From: Eledone cirrhosa
Lineage: Eukaryota
Direction of reading: 5' to 3'
Length of the DNA: 64,000 nucleotides
NCBI GenBank assembly: GCA_964016885.1
Contig: OZ024757.1
Span: 34,348,001-34,412,000 of the forward strand
Shown: positions 1-14,800 of the stretch, in pieces
How the letters are laid out: each line of letters begins with the position of its first letter
Position numbering within the stretch: the first letter of the stretch is position 1
Program-made: the position numbers and the translations under genes
The notes under the pieces: model-generated
The model's input: the letters and a program-made list of their open reading frames with translations, nothing else
Told to the model about the DNA's origin: nothing
Database searches by the model: none

Positions 1-209
1 ACAATATTTGTTATCTTTTAAAGAACACAGAGTGAGTGTTGGATAAGAAACTTTTGGAGGAACCCATATACTGTTATTTGGTCATAATATAAAATATACT
101 CCTCTACTATTTTTTCACCAAACCCTCTTTGGAAGCCACTACAGTAGAAAACATTAAATGTAAAAGAGAGCCGGAAAAAATTGATTTTCATGATGAGAAG
201 CGAAAAGAG

Positions 210-1370
<1,161 letters not shown>

Positions 1371-1879
1371 TTCACATCAAGAAAATCTGTTGTCGGTAAG
1401 GTTTATAAAATTTCATCATTTCTTTTATTCATAACACAATTCCTTCATATTATTATGGTTTAGCCAAGTGCGGTGAATTGGCAATACTTTTCCATGCTGG
1501 CATGAGTTGGATGAGACTTTTTCAAGCAATATTTTACAACCAGATGCCTTTCCTGACACTAACCCTTTTAGCCTCTTCTTACGACACACGATACAGGGAT
1601 ACCTATTCTAAACCAGAGACACACAGAATTATATAAATTACAATGAGGAAAATATTGAATGCTTTAACGATTTTAATAGATTTCTATTTTATGATTAATG
1701 TTTAAATAAACATTATAAAGTTTGATTAATAATCAAATATTTCGATAAACAATTTGTGCTGGGGAATATATCAGAAAGATGGTTCATACTAGAACTGTTT
1801 TCTGTAGTGGAAGGTGTTTAAATTATTTAAAAACAGAAACATTTCTGATTTGGTTGTGAAAGTTGGAGTTTGTTATTGG

Positions 1880-2400
1880 TATTTTGTAGTAGTAGTATTA
1901 GTGGTGGTGGTGGTATTGTATCGACTGTAGTAGTGGTGGTATTGTATTGACTGTAGTAGTAGTGGTGGTGGTGGTATTGTATTGACTGTTGTAGTGGTGG
2001 TAGTGGTTATTGTATTGACTGTAGTAGAGAGGGTGGTGGTTATTGTATAGTTTGTAGTAATGGTGGTGGTTATTGTGTTGTATGTGGTTGTGGTGGTATT
2101 GTATTCTCTGTAGTAATGGTGACGGTGGTGGTGGTTATTGTATTGTCTATATCAGTGCTGGTGTTAGTAATGGTGTCACTCATTGGGTTTTTATGTAGTA
2201 GTGTGGGTGTTGGTGAAGGTCATTGCTTTGTTTGTAGAAGTGGTGGCAGTGTTAGTGTTATCTGTAGTATTGGTGGTGGTAGTATTAGTGTTATCTGTAG
2301 TATTGGTGGTGGTAGTATTATCTATAGTAGTGTTGATATTTGTATTATCTGTTGTAGTGTTCGTGTTGATAGTTCTATTACCCATAGTAGTGTTGTTTAA
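1880..2400. repeat. Degenerate (GTA/GTG)-rich minisatellite spanning the chitin synthase stop codon
   Basis: Units such as gtagtggtggtattgtattgact; the minus strand encodes Thr/Asn runs. Confidence 0.85.
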
Positions 2401-3383
2401 ACGATTAGTATCGCTATTGTTCATACCTTCATTGACAGTTGCAAATAATGTTAGTTCAGTAGATCCAGAACTTCTAATGCTGTATTCTTCAATGATTTGT
2501 TGAGCATCCAATTGCCATTGGCGCTGTATTTGTCTGTTATTCTTCACCATAGATTCCAGAAGAGGAAGTGATGTTGCATGAAAACCAGCCAATCTCCGTT
2601 CTCGTATAATCTGTTCAGATTCGCTTTTAGTGTAAGTCCTACTGGTTATTCTGCTGAAATTCTCTTTAAAATGGCTTTTCAGTGAATTATACCTTGGATG
2701 GTTGTTGTCAATGTGATTCACCCATTCGGGTTGCCGATTATGGTTCGACTGGTTCACGGAATGTTCAAGATCAGATAGGTTATTGATGCTTAATTCTTCA
2801 CATAATTCTTCTGTTGTCAGGATTGAGTCTGGGTCAATAACTTTCTTATCCAGCCTTTGCATGTCATGTATGAGTTGTAGTGTGTTAAAGTGTGCTCTTT
2901 TTTGCCATGGATGGCCACCATTCAGATCTATCGATGCTATGATGTGGATTATGGTGGACATACGATGGAAAAGCATTGCTAACATTTGGCAAATAAGTAT
3001 CAATCCGAATACGATAATAAATATCACAGATAGTGGTCGAATTGTGTCATCAATAAGGTTTTGGGAATTACATGAAATGAAGAAGGTCAGCTTGTCATTG
3101 GAAAGGCTACTGTTCTCCAGGGACAACACTAATACAATAAAAGACATATTAGTCAACAGATACAAGACAGCTAATTTATTCCGAAGTTTTTCCAGGCCAG
3201 ACTTCTGTTGCTTTTGTACGTCCAGATTAATTTTCAAAGGTAGTAGATATTTGCGAATAAAGTCCTTCCAAAATTTTGATTCTTGTGATGAAATGTAGGT
3301 TATTTCATTTGGACCGAGGACTTCATCATTATACCAGTGATCAGGATTAATAATAACATTAGGCTGTACAATATTTTCGGTAC
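2191..3383 (-). CDS. CHS: Chitin synthase last exon (FWKDFIRKYL, LRN, AMLFHR, Thr/Asn-rich tail)
   Basis: Pyrimidine tract plus taag acceptor ending at 3384; TAA at 2193-2191. Confidence 0.93.
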
Positions 3384-4667
3384 CTTAGGAGAAAGGGGGA
3401 AAAAAATGATATCAACAATGGAAATATGTTTAGAACACAGCAAGCGAAGTTTGGAATTGAAATATAAATAGAAGCTTCACCATAGAGAATTATGATGGAA
3501 GGATTTTAGATAAATACTAGCAGAATGGCCCGGCGTTGCTCGGGATTTGCTCTAGGGTTCTTATATATTTGATATATATTTATCCTTATCGAGCCTCATG
3601 AAATAAATACGTTTGTTTATATTTTGTTATTGTGTATGCAAAAATATCTGTACACGAATATATAATTATATATATATTAAAATAACAGATTAAATTTTAA
3701 GCAACGAACCACTGCTGTCACCCTTAACGGGATCTTCTGAAACTAAAAAAAATCAATCTGTGAACGCAGAAGTAAATAAATCGAAAAACGTTACACACTA
3801 TATATATATTATTAACTAACAATTAACTTTCTCATTATTATGCTGGTATTTAGAACATAACTTAACAAAGGTTCTTTACTTACAGAGAATTATGATGGAA
3901 GGTTTTTTTTTAGCTAATACAAACATTTCAACCTTTTCATTAACAAATTTCTAAGGGAAGACACCACTGCCTATGGTTTTCAAATAAACAGTTTTATGTT
4001 GTAGAACCAGCCGTATCCGGCCAGAATTCTCTCACTTCTTTCTGTTCAAACCGGCTGTAACTGGCCACTCATACTGATGTTAAGGTATGGTTCTCAAAAT
4101 AAATAATATCAAAATCTCATGGATTTGATATTATGCGAGATATTATGTTAGATAAAGCCTTTACCATGAAAATACAATAGTAAATATAGACTAAGTATGG
4201 CTTATTTACACAATTAGTCAATCTTTCAGATAATGTTCGGGTTAATTAACAAGGAAAAATTAACTAGATTACATACCAATTGAACTATCTTGAAAGCTGA
4301 CAGGTGTTCTGGGTTCCAAAGTAGTAGTAGTCCTTTTATTTTTCCATGGATTTGTGAATCTTGATATTTTAGAATCAAGTTCTTGAATACGTCCAAAAAG
4401 TTCTTGATGCCGAACGTCACATTGTTCAGGTGTAGGCATCTGGAAACATTTTCGGATTGCATTGACCAAGCTACAGATAAGAAATAATTAAGCTTTTGAT
4501 TGATTGATTGATTGGTGGATGGATGTGTGTGTGTTTGTATGTCAGTGCTGGACTTATCTATAAGCTAAATACACTATAGCTTAGGGTCACACTTGCTTGG
4601 AGGCCTCATTTTAAAAAATATATTTATATTTCATAATCAGTTTTTACTTTTTAACACTAAATCATCA

Positions 4668-4707
<40 letters not shown>

Positions 4708-7700
4708 GGTGTCCCCCCAAAATGCATACACACTTCAACAGAAGATAATAAATATTGCCTTTACAGGTAATCAAAATGTGTATACATTTTTGGGGACACC
4801 CTGTATATATATCATCATCATCATATATATATGAGTCCCGAGTTCAATCGAGGGTAACCACAGTAAGTAAGGTACTCAATACATTAATAGAGTGTAAACA
4901 TCATGTTTAATATAGAAATGGCTTCTACAGGACTAGAACTGTTTCATTCAAAAGAAAATGGTTTCTTTTGGATGAAACAGTTCTAGTCCTGTAGAAGCCA
5001 TTTCTATATTAAACATTATATATATATATAAATAAAAACATTAATAGAAAAAAGAATAATAATATTTTTTAGAGAAGGACCTCAAATTTCATATAGCTTA
5101 GGGCCACAGCAAGTGAAAGTCTGGCCCTGATGTGTGTGTGTGTATGTACCTGTAACTCCTGTGGAGTCAAAAGGGTGTCCAGAGAGAAAGGACGAATCAA
5201 TCCCAGAACTGGACTGGTATTTTTTTTTATTGACCTCAAAATGATGAAAAGCTAAGTTGACTTCAGCACACAGATAGAGCTGGAACAAATACTACACACC
5301 ATTCTAATTAAAATAATAAAAATACCTTTGACACTTCTTGTGAATTGTGTTCCTCACTGGAGAATGAGCTAAAAAAGAAACTCCATTAGGGATAGCTTCT
5401 TGACTGTTGTTATGTGGAAATAGTTCCAAGTTTTGTTGGACCACTTCACGTGTTCCCCAGGATACAATATGCAGATTCCCCATGGCGTAGATTATTAAAA
5501 TAATGGACATGCATGGCACTGCCAGAAGGAAGATGAATCCTCCGAAGATTGCTGAAAACTCTTGTGGATGTAGTAGTGCAGCAGAAACAAATGCAGTGAA
5601 GACCAAAGTTGCAAATATTGTTGTCGTTGAACAGAACAAAGAGCTGATAATCTCCAGACAAAGTCCTGCTAAAACTGTCATCATCATCACTACATAAATC
5701 ATCGTCAAAATCATTGCATAGTTCAACTGAAAGGAGAATAATGAAGAGCAAACAATGACAAAATATTTACAATTTATAATCCATTTTATAATCATCATCA
5801 TCATCATCCAGTTTTTGATTAAGCAGGACACAATTAATCCCCAAGTAGGGGTGGATCCTGTCTGACAGTAATCCTTAGCATCCCACTCCATGTGCTTCTG
5901 TCTGCCAGTCTCACTTGGGCCAGGTCAAGCCTAGCTTGATCCCGATGGACATCCAAACAAGTCCTTTTTGGTCTTCCTGGGCCTCTACTGCCTCCTGGAT
6001 CAACATTCATCACTTTGCTGATCCAGCCCTCACTACGCTCGACATGGCTGTACCAGCGCATGCATCTCATTTGAAGCATATCCTCGAGGTTATCGATCAG
6101 CAGTCTTTTCAAAGAAGAAGTATTTGACTAAACTTAAGGCCAGCAATTTTGAGGGAGGGGAAAAGTACCGTATATGCCGGCATACAAGTCGACATTTGGA
6201 GCCTAAATATATCTCTCCAAAAACGGGTCAACTTGACCACCAAATATAAAATGTGGAAGTATACGTGTTGCTTCACCTGAACTACACTTCAAAATTTTAG
6301 GGGTCTACCTATGCGCTGTATCGACTAGTATGCCGTCATATACAGTAATTTAAATCAATCCTAATTACTCCACTTTCACTGTTTTCATCCCAAACTTATT
6401 TTGTAGTTTACTATAATATAATTCATATATAATGGTTCCTCATTTAGGCACCAAGCCAATAATTTTGAGGGAGGGATAAGTCGATTAAAAGGATCCCAGT
6501 GCGTAACTGGTGCTTTACAAGTATTTTACTGACTCTGTAAGGATGAAAGGTAAAGGTAACCTCAGCAGAATTTGAACTCAGACTATAAAGGGCTGTAACT
6601 CTGTGCCACGAAGCATGTTGTCTGCTGCTCAACTGTTACTGCCCTTATATAATTCATATATAATAATCACATATGTTGTATGTATTTGTACCTTCTTTAT
6701 GAAGCCATTTTTTTTTCAATGTAAATCTTTTTCTAATTTTGGCGCAGAGATATGGGGTTCGATTCCTTAAGGCAGCTTCTTGTTCCATCTTTGGGGGTCT
6801 TCACTCTTTTTTATAAGCTATTTTGTAGTATCTCTGTAAATGTGGTTGGTGTTAGGAAGGGCATCCAACCATAGAAAACCTGCTAGAGACAGTTCCGTAC
6901 AAACGAGACATGGTCTCCCGACCAATCCCGCATCAAATGGAACAAAACCGTCTAACCCATGCTAACGTGGAAGATGGACGTTAAACGATGATTATGAGCA
7001 CTCTGTACTTTGTATTCAAATATATATGTATATAAACACACTCTATCCACTAGTGTTGAGTACTCATTCAGTTAACATTTGAATGTTTTACATACTACAG
7101 TATTTTAAACAAATATCTAATATCAATGAATAAATGGTCGGGATGGCGACATGACAAAAAGTGCCCAGCTCACACTGTAAAGTGGTCATGTAGGGGTCAC
7201 AGCAAAAAGTACCCAGTTGACACCGTAAAGTGGTTGCATCAGTGTCACAGCAAAAAGCACCCAGTACTCACTGTAAATAAGGTTGGCACTAGGAAAGACA
7301 TTCCAGCTGTAGAAACCAAGCCAAAATCAGTTCTGTATGAGTAAGACATGGTCACCTGACCTGGCATTGCTCACAACAGGACAACTCGTCTAACTCATGC
7401 TAGCGTGGAAAAGTGGATGTTAAATGGTGATGATGATGATGTTCAATTGCCTTAGTGTGTGTGCAGAAGGAACAGGTGAAAAACCTTACCTGTATTTCTG
7501 TTGAAGTGTATTTACACAACAATATCATTATTAGAACCGGAACTAGGTTCAGAAAGAATGTTGATGTCAGAGAAAAGGCTGGGTAGGCTCTGTTGATGGC
7601 ACCGACAAGGAGCACAAATATTGTGCCAGGTGAGACAAATGATATGGCCATTAATGCCGCTTGGTATATCAAATAGAGTAAAGAGATGCTGTTGTTGTGT

Positions 7701-8843
7701 TTTACCACGGTTCTCCAGTTGTTCAGGATGTCGTATGTATTGGCCAGAGTTGACGGCATCCAGCGCCGTCTTTGATTGAAGAATTCCTTGAAACCTTCCG
7801 GAGCAAAGGTCTTGGCATCAGCTGCAGCACAGTATTCCACGCGGTAACCCCTCTTCAGTAAAAGGGTGCTCAGCCAGCGATCTTCACCTACATTGAAATT
7901 TGTTGTTTTATTTTATTTTAATATGGCACTGTAAATTTTGTAGTAAGGATGTTGGACTTACAATCATAATCTCGTGGGTTCGATTCCTAGGCTAGGTTGC
8001 GTGTTGTGTTTTTGAGCAAAACACTTCATTTCACATTGCTCCAGTATACTCAGCTGAAAATGAATCCCAGCAATAGCTGGGGGTTTAACCCTACGATCGA
8101 CTGGCGTCCTATCCAGGGGGAAGTCACGTACTCTCAGTTACTTCACGCCATTAAACTGGGAAAAGCACCGGCCTAACGAGCCTTCTGGCTTAAGACAGAG
8201 TTTTAGACTGTAAATCTGGTGTTAGGAAGGGCATTCAGCAATAGCAACCAAACTAGAAACAGTTCTGTGTGAGCAAGACATAGTCATCTGATCTGACTTG
8301 TCTCACAACAGGAGAACCCACCTAACCCATGCTAGCATGGAAAATAGACAAACTGTGATGATGATGATGATGACAGAAGTGAAATAACAAGGGTTAGTCT
8401 TGCAGTCCTTATGGCAGTAACAAAATAGTGGGGTTACTCTTGCAGTCCCTATGATAGTAACAAAATAGCAGGGGTTAGTCTTGCAGTCCTTATAACAGTA
8501 ACAAAATGGCAGAATGTGGTTACCTTGATCTTTTTGTAAGAAATCAATGGGTTGACTTGAAAGACTGGTATAAGTGCTGAGGATGTTGTCATCCATTAAT
8601 GCTGAACCACGGAGTAGACTAAAACAACCAGGACTACACAGTACACAACCCATTACATGTTCAGCAGATTTCTGTAACCAATGGCTGATAGCATATTCAA
8701 ATTTCTGGTACCAGATCAGAGGACCTAAAAAGAAAATTTATTTTATTTTATTTTAATTATTTTGGCAATAAGTTAATGAAGAAAATGATGGAGAGAGGGG
8801 GAAAGATAAGAGAGAGAGATGGAATGTGAGTGGGACACAGGAT

Positions 8844-8874
<31 letters not shown>

Positions 8875-11800
8875 CTGAAAGAGAGAGATAGATAGATAAG
8901 AGAGGCAGAGACAAGCAAGAGAGAGACACAGACAGACAAGAGAGAGGTGGCAAGATAAAATGAGAGAGTGAGAGAGAAAGGGAGACAATAGTGTTCAGTG
9001 ATGATAATATCAGAAAAGAAAATCCCAGATGAGAAAAGCTAGGTCAATAAAGAAGTCTCACCAGAGCCAACCGGGTGGATCCTACCACAAGCAGCACCAA
9101 CATGAGGATTCTTTTTCATTCTGTCAAGAAGTTTTAGAAAGGACGGCGGATGAAATTCAACATCACCGTCCAAAGTAAGTAAATAAGTGTTTTCAGCAAT
9201 TGACTGTTTCAGTTGGACTGGTCCGTCAATTGACATGATACGATATCCGAGGATCCAGTACATATACATCACCTGTAATATTGTAATATAGAAAATAACA
9301 ACACATTATATATATATATATATATATATATCATCATCGTTTAACGTCCATCTTCCACGCTAGCATGGGTATATATATATCAGTAAGCACCTCTTAACCC
9401 AATATACACCCCACCTCATACCCCCTACTCCATCCTCCCACTTTTGTCCACTAAAGCGGTCGTGCAGGTGACATGACAAAAAACACCCAGTCCACACTGT
9501 AAAGTGGTCGTGTAGGAGATACAGTAAAAAGGCTCCCAGTCCACACTGTAAATGTGGTTGGTGTTGGAAAGGGCATGCAGCTGTAAAATTCCTGGCCAAA
9601 TTTACAGTCCTGTTGGAGCAAGGTATGGCATGTCTGACCATGGCCAGACTTGTCTTCCAACATGGATGACCCGTCTGACCCATGGAAGCATTGAAAAATG
9701 GGTGCTAAACGGAGATGATGATGATATATATATATCATCATTGTCATTTTAACGTCCGCTTTCCCTGCTAGCAAGTTTTGAAGTGGTTTACATAGACCAA
9801 GTCAGTACTGGTGATGACCATATGCAAATAATATAATCGCCTAGGATTTTAAAAAACAAACCATTTTACACACAAACACTCTTACCATCCCCTTCCCATA
9901 AAGACTTGTTTCAAGGAGATAAGATAAATATCACTACTGCCCTCCCTCCTACTCACACATGCACACATATTCTTACCATAAAGACTTGTTACAAGGGGAT
10001 TAGAAAAAGCACCACTACTGCCCTCTCTCTCTCCTACTCACACATACACACAGATATTCTTACCATCTCCTTTTCATAAAAACTTGTTCCAGTGTGAGAT
10101 TAAAAGAAAAAAAACTCAACTGCTGTTCTCTCTCTTTCGTATACACTCTCTTACCACCTACTTTCCAGAGCAACACACCTTTTACATAAAATATGCTACA
10201 GCTTTGATATAATAGATGCTTGTACTAGCTCATGATAAAAAAGTTAAGACTCCCACTCAAGTAATAGTTGTATTTAGAGCTGTATTGAAAGATATATCAC
10301 TCACTTGACTCCATCTCTTCTTGCTACGGATCTTATGTTTATTTTTCATATGAACCATGAGCAAATTTCCCCCAGGCAAGATCCATTCCAACCGACCACC
10401 ATAAGGGGTGAGATATTTCGTTGGAGGTTTCATCTGAAGCACTGTATTATGTACACAGCTGAAGAAAAGAAGAAATATTCCAATCACGTAGAAAAAATAT
10501 TAGACTAAAAATTTCAGTCTTTAATATAATGCTGTTTTGTACAGTCAAGAATGTCTTGCTAATATGGTTTCATATGTTTGTTAATTCAAATGTTTATAGT
10601 ATCTTCACTAGTAGACAGATTGTGAACATTTTCAGTAGTAAAGTAAAGCCTTTAATGTTTAAAAATGCTTTGTTAATGTGGTTTCATGTGGTATAGGACA
10701 TTAAGAGTTAATATTGGTTTAGAAAAATTGACCTATAACCTTTGTTGTAAGTTTACAGATGTGAACAAACATAGATGATATTATTTAACCTTTTAGCATT
10801 TAAACCAGCCGTATCCGGCCAGAATTGTCTCCCGCCTTTCTGTTCAAACCGGTCATAACTGGACACTCATATTGACATTACAGTATTGTTCTCAGAATAA
10901 ATAACATCAAAATCTCATAGATTCGATATCATATAAGATAAAGCTTTTGCCACAAAAATACAATAGTATATATAGAGTAATGTAAATGTTAAAGGGTTAA
11001 GACAAGATAGCTACAAGGTTGTCACATACCTCAGAGCTGAATCCATGACACTCATTAATTGCTTAACAAAATAATTGATCCGGCCATCTTTATCAAAGGC
11101 ATCATCTATCACCAAATGAGCTGCAATGAAAAATTATGTAAAAAGAAACTGGTTATTTTGTGAGGAAGATCTCAGACATTTTAATTACAATATATGGTCT
11201 ATAGTCTCTTCCCATCCTCATTGCTGAGGGTCATGGACCATAGAAAATTGCACCAATACTCATCTCTATGATGCTGTATGTCCATGATTCTCATTGGGGG
11301 AAAAAATGGCATTGGTAGGTGCCATTGATGTCCTGTCCAGGGGGAAGTTTTACATTCTCAGTTACTTAATGCCAAGGAAACTGAAATAAGTACTGATCTG
11401 ATGAACCTCTGGGTTTGGAACAGACTAACTTTTTTTGTTTTTAGTTAAAACCATCATTATCCGGTGAATTGGCAGTATCGGTAGAGGGTTGGACGCCATG
11501 CTTTGGCGCATAGAGTTACGGCCCTTGCCATTCTGAGTTCAAATCCCGCCGAGGTTAACTTTGCCTTTCATCCTTATGGGGTCGATAAAATAAAGTACCA
11601 GTAATGTACTGGATAATTGCTGGCCTTGTGCCAAAAGTAGAAACAATTATCATTATTTAACAATGATTATGATGGTTGTGGTTTTGTAGTGACAGCTATC
11701 ATCATCATCGGTAAGTTGTGGGTGTGAGATGAATGAGAGAGAGATGTGGAGAAAGAAAGAGAGAAAGTCACTATTTACCTTCAAATGTATAATAGTCAGG

Positions 11801-14800
11801 GTCAACGAGGTCAAAATACTGCCATGCATGGTGGCGAGCGCACTGATCAATGTCCAATCTATAATATAGCCAATTAATTGAATTAGAGAATTATTGAGAA
11901 AATAATGTTACACATCTGGTGTGGAGATGTGATATGTGTAAAAGGATCTGGTATGGACTGATGTATATGGTTGGATCTGGTATGGACATGTGATGTAGAT
12001 GGATCTGGTGTGGTGTGTACGAATGTATCTGGTGTGAACTTGTGATGTGTATGTATGAATCTGGTGTAGAGGTGTGATGTGTATGGCTGAATCCAGTGTG
12101 GTGTGGTGTGTATGTATATGTATGGATCTGGTTTTTTAAATGGGATGTGTATGGATGGACCTGGTGTTAAATGTGATGTGTATGGATCTGATATGGATGA
12201 ATTTAGTGTGGAGGTATGATGTGTATGTATGGAGCTGGTGTGGAGATGTGGTGTGTATAATGTGTATGGATGGATCTGATATGGAGATGTGATGTGTGTG
12301 TGGATCTATAATCCAACTGATACGTCGATGTGGTGATGTGTGGAACCACAGAGAGTGTTCAAGCATCCTACTTGTATGAAACTCTAGCAGTGGTCTGAGG
12401 ATTTATTCCTTTTTCTTTTACTGTATTAGCAATAACTCAAGCTCTAGTAATAGAACATAACTGAAAACTCATCGTTGCGGAATTGTGTTTCCACAACAGG
12501 AAGAGAATGGAGAATGTGAAATTGCTTTGTACCTATATCAGATAGAAATCAATTTAATTATAAATCAATATTACTTGAAGGGTGGTGGATTAGCAGTATA
12601 GGTGGAGCGTTGGACAACATGCTTTATGGCATAGAGTTACGCCCCTTTATGATCTGAGTTGAAATCCAGCCTAGGTTAGCTTTGTCTTTCATCCTTACTG
12701 GGTCGATAAAATAAAGTACCAGTAATGCACTCGCGTCGATTTAATCGACTTTCCCCTCCCCCCAAATTGTTGGCCTTGTGCCTATATGAGATAGAAATCA
12801 ATATAACTATAAATCGATATTACCTGAAGATTGACTTGAGAATTTTCATCATCTCAATTTCACTTTCATGCCATAGAGTAACACAGACAAAAATTCTTGG
12901 TTTGGTTTTGTTGGCCAAATCGAAATTGATAGAAGAACTTTCTGTACTGGGGTTTGAACAGTTTTGAATCTGTTGACAAATAAACAATTATTATTTTTTG
13001 GTAGATTGGCAGTATCGGTAGAGGGTCGGACGCCATGCTTTGACGCATAGAGTTACGCCCCTTGCCATTCTGAGTTCAAATTCCGCCGAGGTTAACTTTG
13101 CCTTTCATCCTTACGAGGTCGATAAAATAAAGTACCAGTAATACACTGGGTAATTACTGGCCTTGTGCCAAAAGTAGAAACAATTATTTTTTGGCAGTAT
13201 CGGTAGAGGGTCGGACGCCATGCTTTGACGTATAGAGTTACGCCCCTTGCCATTCTGAGTTCAAATTCCGTCGAGGTTAACTTTGCCTTACGGGGTCGAT
13301 AAAATAAAGTACCAGTAATACACTGGGTAATTACTGGCCTTGTGCCAAAAGTAGAAACAATTATTTTTTGGCAGTGGATTGGCAGTATCAGTAGAGGGTC
13401 GGACGCCATGTTTTGCAGCAAAGAGTTACGGCACTTTATGGTCTGAGTTCAAATCACGCGGTTAACTTTGCCTTTCATCTTTACAGGGTCGATAAAATAA
13501 AGCACCAGTAATACACTGGGATAATTGCTGGCCTTGTGCCAAAAGTAGAAACAATTATTATTTTTTGGCAGTATAGGCAGAGTGCTGGACAACATGCTTT
13601 GTGGCATATAGTTATGGCCCTTTGTATTCAGGGTTCAAATCCTGTCGAGGTTAGCTTTGCCTTTCATTCTTACAGGGTTAATAAAATAAAGTATCAGTAA
13701 TGCACCGGGGTTGATGTAATTGACCCCCCCCCCCTCAAATTGCTGGCCTTGTTGATTAAATCAACTCCAGTGCATTACTGGTTTTATTTTATCGACCCTG
13801 TAAGGATGAAAGGCAAAGCTAACCTTGGCGTGATTTGTACTCAGAATGTAAAGGGCTGTAACTCTATACCATGAAACATGTTGCCCGATATTGCCAAATA
13901 ACAAGTGAACAATTCTTACCCTTGTTTCAGATGGTTTGAACTGAAAATTGTTTCGTCGTTTGTTAAGGAAGAGAAACTGTTCCAAAGTAATGGCGCAATA
14001 CATCGGCTTCACAAATAGTCTACAAGACAAAGAACAACAACAGTAGATCACTGACTGAAAAAAATATTTATTAAGATTGAACAATCTTATTTATAGGAGT
14101 GTTGAGTGAATAACCAATTTTGACTGTATGTTCACTTATGATGAAAAGTGATGGAAAATTAAGAGATTGATAAAATCTAAATAAGAAAAAACTACAAAAA
14201 AAACTTACTTTTCTGTTGATGCTAATCTCTCAGTATTGGAGCTGAAGATTTGGTTTGCGACAATCAACAAAGAAATTATCCAGATAATTCCTAGGAGAAT
14301 GTGTTCTTTCTCAATACTGCATTTCATATATTCATTCCAATCATTGGTTGAAATCCATTCAAAAGTCCCAAGAATATTTCTCCATTGTAGCTTATTTATT
14401 TTGATAGCAGACAAACAAATAACTGTCAAAGGCAACAGTCCTGCTAATGGCAGGACAAAGCAAGGAATTTGGCAAAGTATTCGACAAGCTATCTTAACAC
14501 ATTGATAGCAGAGAAAACTGGAAAGTAGATTGATCAGAGCAGTTATGAGGGGTTCATCATGATATCCAGAATTTTTCAGGTTCAACAACCCACCTAGACA
14601 ACCAACAGCACTTTTCCCACGATAGAAAAGTATTTCAAAACATTTTCCATTTTTGCCACCGACTGTGAACACGACTAGGATGAAACTGAAAAATGCTTTC
14701 CAGATTGTTATGATTAGATATGTCCTTGTACGAGTCTTTTCTAGATTCTTCCGTAAAATCGATAGCCTTTTCAAGACATTATTTGATGGCTTCACAGCAA

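Noticed and set aside
2116-3298. Plus-strand ORFs of 94-171 aa (Val-rich and others)
   Set aside because: They are antisense shadows of the chitin synthase last exon and its Thr/Asn repeat.
13092-13421. 109-aa ORF with an internal repeat
   Set aside because: Antisense reading of tandem SINE copies.
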